NCBI GenBank assembly: GCA_002104905.1 | Contig: MCFE01000364.1 | Coordinates: forward strand, 1-64,000 | DNA length: 64,000 bases | DNA from: Basidiobolus meristosporus CBS 931.73 | Taxonomy: Eukaryota > Fungi > Basidiobolomycota | Direction of reading: 5' to 3' | Shown: one piece after another, positions 12,398 to 24,852 of the stretch | Layout: each line of letters begins with the position of its first letter | Numbering within the stretch: position 1 is the first letter of the stretch | The notes under the pieces: generated by a model | The model's database searches: none | What the model was told of the DNA's origin: nothing | What the model saw: only the letters and a program-made list of their open reading frames with translations | Position numbers and translations under genes: made by a program

Positions 12398-13593
12398 CTA
12401 ACATGGGCCCTCCCGTAGCAGGTGGGTTCGGTCTCTACGTGAGGAGAGGGATTGCCTTCTAGCCTCTTGGGCCCAGTGGGCAGCCCCTGCTTCAATCCTT
12501 CGCCGCATGCTATTAGTTCCGGAAGGGGAGGGGGAGGGGGAGGAGTCGGATGGTTTGCGTAGGCTACACTTCAAAAACGCCAACTTCTTCGCAATTTCCG
12601 CACCTCCGTGGTCCGTGTGGACAACAGTTGGCTGGCCTCAAAGGTATGCTTCTGCGTTCTCGACCATGAAGTATTGGTTGCGTGATGCCCCGTTGACCAA
12701 CACACGGAACTGTGTGGGAACGAAGCCTCCAACCTTTGCCGAGGGTGAGTCGGTTGGCTGTATCCAGAATCGGCTTTCAAGACTCCTCCTGCTCGTCAAT
12801 ACGGATGGTTGGAATAGAGGTCCAGCAAGCTGCGGTCGTTTCCAGGTCCGATTCGTTTCCCTACAAGGGACTTGTGCTTCGCAGGTGCTGTGAGGCATGG
12901 AACTGAGCAAACGCTACACCACAGAGAATGGTTTCCTCGGTGTCGCTGTAGGTTGTATTTTCGTTGGCCGAGTCAGGTTGGGTAGGGACGGTTGCGAAGG
13001 CTTGTACTAACTTGAGGTATTAAGCCAAGAGGCCAGTTGGAACACATTGCTCTCGGGAGCACTGGTCTAAAACGCCGTAGGGAGCACCCTACCCCGAGCC
13101 TGGCTACGTTTCGGATGCTGAGTGGTTGGTAGGGACTGTGGAAACGAACTCGCTTCATGCTCCGATATGGAGCAAGTGGGTGGGCGGGAACTAAGAAGGT
13201 CGGGTGGGGTTAGGCATCGGTCGCCATGGATAGTGACCTTGTGAGCAAGTGCGAGGATTCCCTGAGCTTCACCGTAAACAAATCATGGCCTTATTTGGGA
13301 AGGCACCCAGGGTGAATCAGCCTCTGGCTCAGGTAGGATTTCATATCGACCATAGCCAAATGGAATCATGTAGGCTCGGTTTCAGATGGGATTGACGCAA
13401 TTGACCAGCCTAAATCCAGCGAAGCTTCGAACGGATTCCACAGCCCCACCCGAACAGCAGAGGGGATTTGGTGAGTGCAATGAGGAATCCACCTGGTTCC
13501 GGCCGAGGGAAACACAGCTGATTGGCCCCAGGGCGTGACGGGGTACAAGGATTTCGCCTCATCGCGGGGGGAATGATCGCATTTCGACGACAA
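12398..13593 (-). mobile_element. Highly diverged Ty3/Gypsy-like RT-RNaseH relic
   Basis: Motif ghosts in the correct order: DEAKSLYPVTPWG (D..KTAF.TP.G), FEASLDL (F..YLDD), CSLRRFRP (GYYRRFIP), FWIQPTDSPSAKVGGF (F.L.TDAS..VGG), EAYL*GQPTVVHTDH (YL.G..F.V.TDH). Confidence 0.45.
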
Positions 13594-13957
13594 CAGGATC
13601 GTTTGGGATTCTGCCCGCCCGATTTGGGTGGACGTCTTGAATCCTAATGACGATAGGCATTACCAGAGTTGCGAGTTTATGCTCCCTTCTGACCAATCAC
13701 CTGTCCCCCTTCCTAAGGGCCTACGAATCTCCCATCTCGCCATTATGCACGCAACACCCTAATCATGACGTTGACAGTACAGCGCAGCGTCATCCTACTC
13801 AGCTCGTGGTTACCTGTGCTACATGGATGGACCTAAACGCTGGACCTCTTTCCCGTATAAAACTCCCCGAATCTGCCCCCGAGGATCAGAAAACCCCTCG
13901 TCTCTTCCAAGTGACCAACTAACCCATCCATTCCCCGCACCCCACAACCGAACAGCA

Positions 13958-14326
13958 ATGGCCGCCTCCCAACAGATCGTTTTCACCGACAAGGAGAAGT
14001 CCGACTTGGAGTTCATCGTCTACATCAACCCCGACGTCTACAGCAAATGGAAGTCCGACAAATCCATTCCCATCACCGAAGTGGTGCAATCCTTCAACGT
14101 CTACACCACCCGCGGCGGCGGTAACACCGGCGTGGCCGAAACCCCCTCGAACCAGGAGCTCGATAACGTATTCGGCACTTCCAACGACACCGCCGTCGTC
14201 GAGCACATCCTCAAGCACGGCGTCCTCAAGGGCTCCGGCGACATCTCCAAGAGTGGCCAGGAGTTTAACCGGTCCCGTGGAAGCGGTGCCGGAACCTCCG
14301 ATGCCAATGTCAATGTCCACAACTAG
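13958..14326 (+). CDS. RTC3: SBDS N-terminal-domain protein, RTC3/YHR087W-like (122 aa)
   Basis: MAASQQIVFTDKEKSDLEFIVYINPDVYSKWKSDKSIPITEVVQSFNVYTTRGGGNTG...PSNQELDNVFGT...VVEHILKHG matches the fungal RTC3 pattern. Strong GC3 codon bias, single exon, ATG context GCAATGG. Confidence 0.88.
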   Translation: MAASQQIVFTDKEKSDLEFIVYINPDVYSKWKSDKSIPITEVVQSFNVYTTRGGGNTGVAETPSNQELDNVFGTSNDTAVVEHILKHGVLKGSGDISKSGQEFNRSRGSGAGTSDANVNVHN

Positions 14327-15399
14327 TGGCTACCTACCATCTGACTATTAATGTATAATAAACTTTACTTGTCCCTCTGGTAAATCAACTCACCCCCAGT
14401 TCCAATGTTGTTCTCCATCATTAGACTGATTCCGCCGCGCGCACAGCAGCCTCTTGTTCATCAAGAGGGGTGCAGACAACGTGGTGACCACAAAAACCAC
14501 TTGTCACTGGGAATTAGCTGGCTCCTGACCGTAACCAGCGAACCGGGATGGATCTTACGTCATCCGTACCTCATTCACCCAATCACCTTGGCCGTCAGGC
14601 TCGGATCGTGCTTCCCTGCCCCGTACCAACATCTCAGGCATTTTCCACCACGCGTTATTGATTCGCCCAGGGCTACATCAAGTCCCGCACACGGCTCTTC
14701 AGCGATTCGACTATTGGTGTTCTTCTTGGGGGTTCATCCCTCCGTGCGCCACCAAGCGCCATGGGACAGACATTTCCAGTTGATGGTTGTTAATTGAACA
14801 TCATCCGGCTTCATTTGGAGCATGGTGGTTGGGGAGGGGTGACTTTAGTTTGGCTCTCGACCATGGGAGCTCCAACTTTCGTCTGATCTCTTGAATTCCC
14901 CTGCTGCAATGAGACTTCTTAGTGGGGTGGAGTTCGGTGGGGATCATTCATTTTGCCACCTGGATGTGTCATGGCCGTGGTTTGCACTTGACCTGTGATC
15001 GAAAGACTCCCGACCCCTGCCCTGAGATTCAATACTCTTCCCAAGATTATTTTACTTCGTGTGCTGGTGATGTGCTGAGATAATGATAGACGTATTGCTC
15101 ACCATGATCCCATATCACCCTATGGATAGTCACAAACTTGGAACTCATCTCATACTCTGCTGGCATCCTGATGGTACTTTGCTGGCATTTGGCTGGCAAT
15201 TTCCCTTCAACCTCTCAGTTGGAATATTTGGTGCAAGTGGTGAGTTGCTGATCACCAAATCTGGCATGAATGCCAGTTAGCCTATTGTGCTCCTGAAAAA
15301 TAAAAGTTGGCTTGGCTGCCCAAAAGCTGGCACCTGAGCTGTCAAGAGTGGTAGGTTTGGAGAAACTTGGAATCCAGCTGATGTTATGCCAGTACTCTG

Positions 15400-18165
15400 C
15401 TGGCCTTTTTTTGATTTAGTTTCTTAGCATTATTGTGCCTGTCTTTAATGAACATCTGGGTATCATATGGGTGGCTTACAGAAACTAGGGGCAAGATCTT
15501 GAAGCTGGCAAGAGATCACTCCTACCTTGGCCAAAGTCCCTATGAAAAATAATTTGGTCCCACAGGTGGATCCAATCCAGATCAGCCATCAGGATCCCAT
15601 TTAGAGACCATCATAATACCAGCAGCTTGGAATTAGTGACCCTCCTAACAATCTTATGATGGGATCATAATGGTATTTTGCTAATTTTACAAACAAATAA
15701 AGGGATGAAACATGACAATATTTTATTGGTGCTGTGATGACATTTGCATGGTATTGTTGCGGTCTTTAAGTGCTCTATAACTATTTTAAGTGAATCCAAT
15801 TGGCCAGGACATCCAATAGCCTTATATGGCAAGAAACTTGACAGTATTTTGACGGCCTCACTGCAAAACTCTGTTGGCATTATATCAGCAGTATGATGGT
15901 CTACCACTGGTTCTGTATAATGCTACTATACCTACTTACCAGATGATATTTCCTTTTTCTACCTCCCCTTGTGCAATTTATATATTCCACAGTAGAATCA
16001 CCCTTCTCTATTTGCTAACCCACTACTACCTTGGGTATTCCACATATAGTCTGAATCAAAAAAAAATATGGCCTCCTGCTTATTAACCTCTACAAACATG
16101 CACACCTGCTGCATTGACATACTTCTGTCATCTCAACTTTACGGCTTTTTAGTGTGATACTTGCAAAGTTGCCATATACCTTGTACTGCTGGTAGTATAT
16201 AGATCTTACAAACATATGCTTGGTTGTTGCTGCTGTAGTGGGGTGACAGTGACAGATACTGACAGATGTGCTCATTCCCATATTTCCTACTTGCCTATAT
16301 CTATACTACACTTATTTTAGTTTTATCCCATATGTCTTACCTGATCAGTACTATCCCATAAGCTGGTTGACTATCACACCTGCTTACCTTGTTGAATAAG
16401 TTACCTCTCACTTTATGTAAGATTACTGGCTATAAGTGCTTCTATATTAGGCAAGTACCTGCGCCAGTACCCGTGACACATGGTCAACCTGTGTCACCAT
16501 CCCTACCTTTTCCATACCATATATGGTATCCCTATGTTACACAGGTTTAAGAATACTGATTCCTGATTGGTTGGATGTGTTGTGCCTGCTAGAACCTTCT
16601 GGCACCTACTTAGAACATTCTTAGGTCATTCTGATGTCATTAAGATTTCTATTGATGTCTGGAACCTTCTGGAACACATGATTAGTAGTCACTTAGCCAG
16701 TAAGAAAAGTATATAAGGGAGGCTATCCCTCAACAATAAATCATCATCCCTTTTATCAATATACCAACTTGTTGATTAGTGTGATCACTGCTACCTGCTG
16801 CTACCTGAACTTCCAACCCTAGACCACAGGACACTCCCAGGAAACCACACTGACAGCCAACTGACATTGGAGGCACTACTTGTGAGGAATACTCAGAGTA
16901 GGTATCTTTTATTATATTTGATTCTTTCCCAAGCTTGTTCATGTACAGGCAAAGATACTTTTCTGTCTTTGTAACTATTGACCACAGCTGCATTCTTATC
17001 AAGTCCCTGCTGGTGGAGTTTACAGTTGTTTTGACTGTGGAAGCTTTAGTACATTGTCATCTCAAAGGACACTGAACCCAGCACATACTTTTGTTAAGAT
17101 GCCAGCTAAGTTGGGGATTGTAGCTCAATAGTTTTCCCTTGACAAGCTTGCGGCTTTATTCCCGTTCACATTAGATTAAAGACAGAGCCCAAGTATTCCT
17201 AGCAAGCTTTTGCCAGAGGTTATTGCACCCAGTGAACACCCTACACACAAAACACTTGAGAAGTGTTGGATGTATCTCTCCCTTGGACCTATACACCACC
17301 CACCACTTTGCCATAGATACCTCCTGAATATCCCTAAAGAACTTCTTGGTATTTAGCAATATATTCCTTCATCCTGCTGGATTCTGGTCCCTGTTATAGG
17401 TGTGCTCTGGCTTTTGTTTGTGTGAATTCTGTATTGAATGGTGTAGAAGTTGGCTTGTGACCATGAGAAATCTGGCATACCTTAGTAGAGTTTTCTTGAT
17501 AAAAACTAGTTGCTTGTTGCACTCATCCCAACTTTGCATTACTTAACTGATTACCCACGCATTGGGGCTGCTTAGCTTCTTAATGCCATAGGCATAGGTG
17601 TCTCCATGTGCACATTTGTCCTCAGTATTCTCCAACTCTTCCTGGCTGTCCTCCATGTGCCAACTCATCATATCCATGACGGACTTAAAGGTAATATTCT
17701 TGATGAGATTGGGATATGGTGGTACCTGCAACTTGATATGTATTCCTATCTCCCCAAACATCCGTGCCATTGGTAACTCCCAGAAGGTGAAGCAAGGCTC
17801 AATATTTTCCACACACCATGCAACATGGAGTAGAGAATGGATACAGTAGTGGCAAAAATCTACAAGTTCAGCTTTATGTTTGTAGTATAGCTGCTCAAAT
17901 CCTGTCACAAACACCTCACATAACAGCTGTAGATGTGTCAAGTTAGCATTGGTAATCCACTTCTGGATAAATATTCCTACAATGTCCACATATGACTCCC
18001 AATGTTTCCAATGTACTCTTGGTAGGAATGGCTTCAGAATTCCACTTGAATAAATACATATCCAGCTCATCCAGTCTTTCCATTTGTATTTTTGCATATG
18101 CATATGAATAGTTATGGGAGCCTGTGAGAAGTACTTAGGATAGCAGATCCTCTGTAATATTTTGC
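15400..18165 (-). mobile_element. CACTA/EnSpm (tnp2-type) relic, 3' part, interrupted at about 16240-17310
   Basis: ORF 17543-18103 has KDWMSWICIYS..LPRVHWKHWE and CIHSLLHVAWCVENIEPCFTFWELPMARMFGEI (DUF4218-like H.L.H...GP...W.FPMER). Inverse homology to 21040-24200. Confidence 0.75.
16441..16800 (+). repeat. LTR-like repeat (TATA ATATAAGGG, AATAAA); inverted partner at 18410-18772
   Basis: About 360 bp align with the reverse complement of 18410-18772 (shared AGGCAAGTACCTGCG..TACCCGTGACACATG, CCATATATGG, CCTGATTGGTTG, GATCACTGC). Confidence 0.65.
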
Positions 18166-18409
18166 CAATGTGATGGGATAGAGGTACTCCTGGGAGAAGC
18201 TACACAACTCAAGGTGTGTGAGGTGTCTGATTGGTGCAATAACCTCTGTGTCTAAACTGCTAGTGTCTTTGTCCATATGTCACTATAGTAAAAGCTCCTG
18301 CTTCTCTAGCTTCCTAGATGCTCCAAGTGTCTTCAAAGGCCTCTGTGTGTCTTGTGCACTACCCTGAAAAGCTCCTTGATGGCAAGTCTGAGGTGTAACT
18401 GTTAAAGGT

Positions 18410-18772
18410 AGGTGCAGTGATCAACTGCTTACCAATAAGGGAGAAGTGTTACTGATAGAAGGGATGATTTATTGATGAGGGATTGCTTTCCCTTAAATAC
18501 TTTTCCTGATTGCCAAGTGATTACTAATGACAAGGTTCTAGAAGATTCTAGGTATCAGTGGAATTCTTGATGACATCACTATCAGCTAAAAATATGCCAA
18601 GAATGTCCTGGAAGGTTCTAAAAGGCACAGCACATTCAACCAATCAGGAAACAGCAGTCTGAAACCTGTGCAACATAGAAATACCATATATGGTATTGAA
18701 GTGGTAGGGATGGTAACACAGACCTAGGTCATGTGTCACGGGTATTGACGCAGGTACTTGCCTTATGTAGAT
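18410..18772 (-). repeat. LTR-like repeat; inverted copy of 16441-16800
   Basis: See 16441-16800; roughly 80% identity by eye. Confidence 0.65.
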
Positions 18773-21343
18773 ACATATACTGATCACAAAGCTGAATAAC
18801 ATCTGGGATAACTAATGCTAATGACTAATCAGGGTAAAGATCAGCCACTACACCTAATTACTTCATTAATGCTTTGGTACCAGCTAACAACATACCTGCT
18901 AATATGGGTGGCGGTGATGTTATCATGGCCACTTGCTGATCTTCAGCTGAGGGTACTGTGTTTGCAACATTCTCATTTGCCTAAGCATAATGGCCAGCTT
19001 GTGGCTCTGCAGAGGCTCTCAATTGCCTACTTGACTGAGAGCCTGAGGAGTCTGCATTGTTACCTTGAATGGGCACACTGTCCACAGAGTTTTTTTTGGA
19101 TGTAGCCCTGCTTGTTGCACTGAATGTCATAGCAAGCTGTTGTCCAATTGTTCTTCTGTTGCTGTCAGCAGTGAGGTTTGGTTGAGAACCAGACAACTTT
19201 GCTTTATTTTTTGGCAGCATAAATATGTAAGTGAGTCAATCCAAAGGGGAAATAGTGTAACATATACATGTGTATGTGGTGCCACAACTTCATTTATAAT
19301 GCATACTATGGTGGTTCATCATTGAATCTTAGATTAATGTAGGTGCAATGTCTCAAATACAAGACTGTCTTAAGTTCACATGAGTATTGACCAAAAGTGA
19401 TATAATAGCATTATGTTGTTGAAGGTCAAACTATTTGCCCCATGGACAAGACAACTTTGACTCAATGCCATAAGAGAAGAGAAAAAGGACCATGTGGCTA
19501 TTGTGGCAAGCCTCTCAGCCATGAAGCACACAGACAGCATAGGAAGTATTACAAAGATCATGGCCAGTTTTTTGTCACCCAAGTTGTATTCAACCATTCA
19601 TTGTTCACTACTGTTCCAACATTATCTTGCCAGCCAGTTGATACTTCAATATTGGCACCTGGCCATCTTTGTCACCATGCGCAAACTGAGTCAGGCAAGT
19701 TTGTGAAGCCTTTAGGCTCACCCCAGCCTTCTGAATATGGCACACAGAGTGATAGCTCTGACAAAGAAGGTTCACTGATGGATTTTGAGCCTATCTTCCC
19801 TAAAAACAGTACCATGTATGAGCCTTGTCAAATCCCTTTATTCAATGAGGCAACACTTGTTGAAACAAATGCCAAGGAAGCCTTATGGAGCCAAGTGAGC
19901 CCAGTAATCCATCTACTGGTGAATGATGTAATATAGTGACTAGAGAAGTGGCGTGATTTCACTAATATCAGTAATGAGGGCTTTGAGGATTAATTACTAC
20001 TTCTTGCCAAAATCATACTGGGATGCAACTTACCATGTACATGGTACAAGTGGATAACTGTCATGCAGCTGGCAACATGTGATGCAGAGACAGTCCTGAT
20101 TCCAGCATGTGTCAACAGTTGCAAGGCATTCACATCCAAAAATGCTACCATTGCAACATATCCAAATTGTCAGGAATCCACCACCATTGAGGGAAAACAT
20201 TGTTCACACTCCAGATATATTCCAGTCATACCCCATCTGCAAAAGCTGATGCAGTCCAACAAATATTGCAAAGCTATACAGTACTGCACTCAGTATCAAT
20301 CAAGCAAAAACATATCCAATATATTTGATGGCAAACATCACAAAAAGCTAAGAAGCAAGAGCTACTTTGAAGATAAGCATGACCATGCCTTTGCTTTAGC
20401 ACTTAATGGATTCTCATTAAACAAGTACTCTACCAGCAAATCCAGCTGGCCACTGACTTGCATCAATCAAAATCTGCCACCCATCTATTGGGATCAGAGC
20501 AATAATCTGATGGTAGTCTCACTGGTATCTAGGCCTAAATCATTGTCCAACCTGGATAGCTACCTGTATCCATTGCTGGAAGAATTTTGTATGCTTTCCA
20601 GCAGGATAGCAGTTGATGGCCATCATGCCAAAGCGCATATTATTATCTGTATTGGAGATACCCCAGCCATCAGCAAGATAGCAGGTTTTTCTTGGCACAA
20701 TGAACAGTATTGCTGTCAAATGTGTGAGATCTAGGGGATATACTCCATAACTCACACACATTGTTATTACCCAAGCGCCAGCACTAAGAACATCATCTTT
20801 CCACAGAGAGAACATACAAAAGTAAGCATGCAGTTGCAGCAAAGTTGGCAAGCTATAAGCCATTAGCCAAAATATGAAATCAATTGGAAGCCAGAGATAC
20901 TTCAGATAGAGGGTATTTGTTGGAGCAAAAGCTTTTTACTGGGAGCAATGCATTTGCTTTACAACAATATACCTATACCAGTGACCAAGTTGTACATGGG
21001 GCATTTCAAGCTAAATGAGCCCCTTGGGATACCGGAGAAATTTGAAAGAATTGCCAAGATATTACAGAGTAGCCACTACCCTAAGTACTTCTCATGGGCT
21101 CCAATTAATATTCACACGCATATGCAACAATACAAATGCAAAGACTGGATGAACTGGATATATATATTTATTCAAGTAGTGTTCTGAACCCATTCCTACC
21201 AAGAGTACATTGGAAGCATTGGGAGTCACATGTGTACATTGTAGGATTATTTATTCAGAAGTGGCTCACCAATGCCAACTTGACGCATCTACAGCTGTTT
21301 GGTGAGGAGTTTGTGATACAATTTCAGTGGCTATACCACAAAC

Positions 21344-21692
21344 TGTTGTAAAAATTGATAATTCCACCTAAATATTCACCTAATTTAGTCACTTAGATCA
21401 TTACCTTCAAATCCTAGAGAATACTGACCAAATTCCTTGTTAGGATTTACTTGGAATATTTTCACCAAAATGCCAGGGACCCAGAACATGAAAATTCTCA
21501 AAGTTGCCCAAACAGCCCCAAACTTTGCACACATGTTCTTGGGACCTTTCTTAGCCTATTCTACATGTTTGTAATGCCAAGACCATGTAAAAGCATAAAT
21601 ACTACTTTTACATTCAATAAATCATTAAGTGAGAACCATATAATCCGCTTGTCCTCCCAACCACTTCCAATATCTCCAAGACTCTTACAACA
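21344..21692 (+). repeat. Solo LTR of Copia family A (349 bp) inserted in the CACTA transposase
   Basis: TGTTGTAA...TTACAACA terminal inverted 8-mer; perfect 5-bp TSD CAAAC. The flanks rejoin to the uninterrupted transposase sequence seen at about 17880. Confidence 0.88.
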
Positions 21693-21786
21693 CAAACATA
21701 AACCTGAACGCATGGATCTCTGCCACTACTGTATCCATTCTCTACTTCATCTTGCTTGGTGTGTGGAGAATATTGGGCCTTGCTTC

Positions 21787-23029
21787 TGTGGTAATGGAAA
21801 GTATTCCATTACTACAATATCTCTAAACCAATATTGCACTCATTTCTTTATTTTGCTTTTTCCTATTGTAACACACAAGTGAAAGATCAAGAATTTTCAA
21901 CTTTGATGAACAAATGCTCCAGACCCTGGCAAGCGGTCCACCCAAGAATATTATGTCATACAGAACACGTAGTAGCCAACACATGTTTCAAATTACAGCT
22001 CATTTGAAGCAGTACCGCAGGAGTTATGACCAAAAGAGTCCAACTATTATATATAATATGCCTTATTGCTAGGATTACTATGGTGACTTTGATTGCATGT
22101 AACTTTTGAACCAGCCAATCAAATCACGTGAAATCTTCACAGGTGCTGCGCCTATGCTGGATCTGCGCCACTGCAAAATTTTAGCTTTGTATCACATGTA
22201 TTGCTTGTGCAATTGCCCAAAAACTTTGATCCTTTGAAATTTTCATATATATAAGACTTCCCCAGCTGAAAAATAAAGGAGAGCCTCTCTTTCCAGAATC
22301 TCCACACTACAATTACAAGTTTAAAGGTTATAAGACTTCCCCTGCATCACTTGCACTGTTGAGTATTCTGACTTTGATCAGTACTGCATTAGTAAAGAGA
22401 CTGCAACGCTCACAAGACTCCAATTTAAGTTCTACAAGAAACTACCACTTTTCTGTCGGAAAAGTCCCCTCTAAGAAACCCCTTTATTCTAAAGACACCC
22501 CTTTAGACACCCCTTTAGTCTAAAGACCCCTTTAGAGACCTCTTTAAGAAACCCCTTTACTCTAAAGAAGCCCCTTTAGACACCCCTTTCGTGTAAAGAC
22601 CACTTTAGAGACCACTACAAGAAGCCCCTTTACTCTAAAGACACCCCTTTAGACACCCCTTTAGGTCTAAAGACCCCTTTAGAGACTTCTACAACAAACT
22701 CCTTTGGGTTAAAGGGGAGCTCAGATCTTCCATATTAGGAAACACTTTCCCAGAAAGGAAAGTGACTTCCAAATAAGGAAAAGTTACTTTAAAAGTAAAT
22801 AAGCCCATTAGTTGACAGAAGGTCAGAACACTGCTGTAGAAGTGATAAACACTGCCTACAGTATATTTTGAGCCTAAGATTGAGGAAATTAGTGAAAGTT
22901 ATATCTTCTATTGGTATATCAAGCTCCCAATAACCTATTTCAGTATTAGCATACTGGAAGTTGTTGTATATTGTTGATTAGCCTCTACATTGTAGACAAG
23001 CCCCAAACTGATCATAATACAACACAACA
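21787..23029 (+). mobile_element. 1243-bp solo LTR-like element with 4-bp TSD
   Basis: TG...CA ends, TSD CTTC, second copy at 40551-41794. Contains CCAAT, CACGTG and TATATATAAG promoter-like motifs and an internal tandem array. Confidence 0.82.
22470..22715 (+). repeat. About 73-bp x3 tandem array built of CTAAAG-N5/6-CTTTAG mini-hairpins
   Basis: Repeated TCTAAAGACACCCCTTTAGACACCCCTTTAGTCTAAAGACCCCTTTAGAG; mirrored at about 40865-41110. Confidence 0.85.
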
Positions 23030-23959
23030 CTTCACCTTTTGGGAGTTTCCTATGGAGCAGATGTGTGGGGAGATAGGAAGACAAGTCAAGTTGCAGGTAC
23101 TACCATATCCTAATCTCATCAAGAATATTACTTCAAGTTTGTCATGGATGTGATGAGTTGGCACATGGAGGGCAGCCAGAAAGAGTTGGAAAATACTGAG
23201 GACAAATGTGCACATGGAGACACCTATGCCTATGGCATTAAGAAGCTAAGCAGCACCAATGCATGGGTGATTGGTTAAGTAATGCAAAGTTGGGATGGGT
23301 GCAACAAGCAACTAATTCTTTTCAGGAGAACTCTACCAAGATATGCCAGATTTCTCATGGTCACAATCCAACTTCTTCAACATTCAATATGGAACTCACA
23401 CAAACAAAAGCCAGAGCACACCTAAAAAGGGGGACTAGTATTCAGCAGGGAGAAGAAATATATTGGCTGAATACCAACAAGTTCTTTGCAGATATTCAGG
23501 AGGTATTCATGGCAGAAGTAGCAACAACCAAGCATATACTTCCAAGATGTATATGCTACCAGCAGTACAAGGTATATGGCAACTTTGCAAGTATCACACT
23601 GAAACGCCGTACAGTTGAGGTGATAGAAGTACGTAAATTGTGGCAGGTGTGTGTGTTTGTAGAGGTTATATGTTGAATACCCAAGGTAGTAGTGGGTAAG
23701 CAAATATAGAGGGGTGAGTCTGCAGTGGAATATATGAATTGCACAAGGGATGGTAGAAAAAGGAAATACCATTTGGTTAATTGGTATGGTAGCATTATAC
23801 AGAGCCAGTGATAGGCCATCATACTGCCAATATAATGCCATTTGAGTCTTGCAGTGATGACATTAGAATACTGTCAAGTTTCTTGCCATTTAAGGCAATT
23901 GGATGTCCTGGACAGCTGGATCCACTTAAAAGAGTTAGAGAGCGCTGATAGATCACTAG

Positions 23960-24830
23960 AATATCATGCAAATATTGTCACAGCACCAATAAAATTATGT
24001 CAAGTTTTATCCCTTTATTTAGCTGTACAATTAGCAAAACACCATCAAGATCCCATTAAAGATTGTTAGGAGGGTCACTAATTCCAAGCTGCAGTTATTG
24101 TGACGGTCTCTTAATGGGATCTTGATGGCTGATCTGTATTGGATCCACCTGTGGGACCAAATTATTTTTCATAGGGACTTTGGCCATGGTAGGAGTGATC
24201 TCTTGCCAGCTTTAAGATCTTGCCTCTGGTTTCTCATCATGTTTCTTGCCTTATAAGGCAAGTGGATGCCCTAGCCAATTGGATCCACTTAGTTAGCTAT
24301 AGAGTGCTAAAAGACAGCAACAATGCCGTGCAAATATTGTCACAGCACCAATAAAATGTTGTCATATTTTATGCCTTTATTTGGTTGTAAAATTAGCAAA
24401 ACACCGTCATGATCATGTCATAAGATTGTTAGGAGGGGCACTAATTCCAAGCTGCTGGTATTATGATAGTCTCTCAGTGGGAATCTGACAGCTGAACTAT
24501 ATTGGATTCACCTACAGGACCAAATTATTTTTCATAGGGTAATTGGTTTGGTGGTATCTTACAAAACTAGCTGTAGGCCACCATACTGCCATAATAATGC
24601 TATGAGAGGCTTGCAATGAGGCCATCAAGATACTGTACAACCACCATCATGTTTTTAACTTTATTTGGCTGCAAAATTAGCCAAATGATGTTGTGATCCC
24701 ATCATCTGATTGTGTGGATGGTCACTAATTCCAAGCCACTGATATTATTGCAGTCATCTAAGGGGATCTTGATGGCTGATCTGGATTTATCCACCGGTGG
24801 GACCAAATTATTTTTTGTAGGTATATACAG
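23960..24830 (+). repeat. Degenerate tandem repeat (about 360/285-bp period) at the 3' end of the CACTA element
   Basis: CTAATTCCAAGC recurs near 24079, 24441 and 24724, and GGACCAAATTATTTT near 24153, 24516 and 24800. The same unit is inverted at about 15500-15740 and recurs degenerate at about 58680-58730. Confidence 0.7.
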
Positions 24831-24852
24831 CAAAACAAAAGTGGACCACTAG

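Larger units (their letters stand above)
18790..24830 (+). mobile_element. CACTA/EnSpm (tnp2-type) element, degenerate, with two nested solo LTRs
   Basis: ORF 20063-20734 has Transposase_21-like motifs NIFDGKHH..., SWPL..NQNLPP, DSYLYPLLEEF, GDTPAISK.AG..WH...CC.MC. Downstream are MHLLYNN and RVHWKHWE, then DUF4218-like residues split by the inserts at 21344 and 21787. Confidence 0.8.

Noticed and set aside
14405-14797. 130-aa ORF downstream of RTC3
   Set aside because: No recognisable motif or codon bias; likely 3' flank sequence.
16441-18772. Inverted 360-bp repeats read as TIRs of a Pack-type element that captured a transposase fragment
   Set aside because: The CACTA sequence continues beyond the left repeat (16235-15400) and no TSD was found. 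Two independent opposite insertions explain the pattern better.
22470-22715. Palindromic direct repeats superficially like a CRISPR array (also 40865-41110)
   Set aside because: No unique spacers, no cas genes, eukaryotic context; it is a tandem array inside a mobile element.
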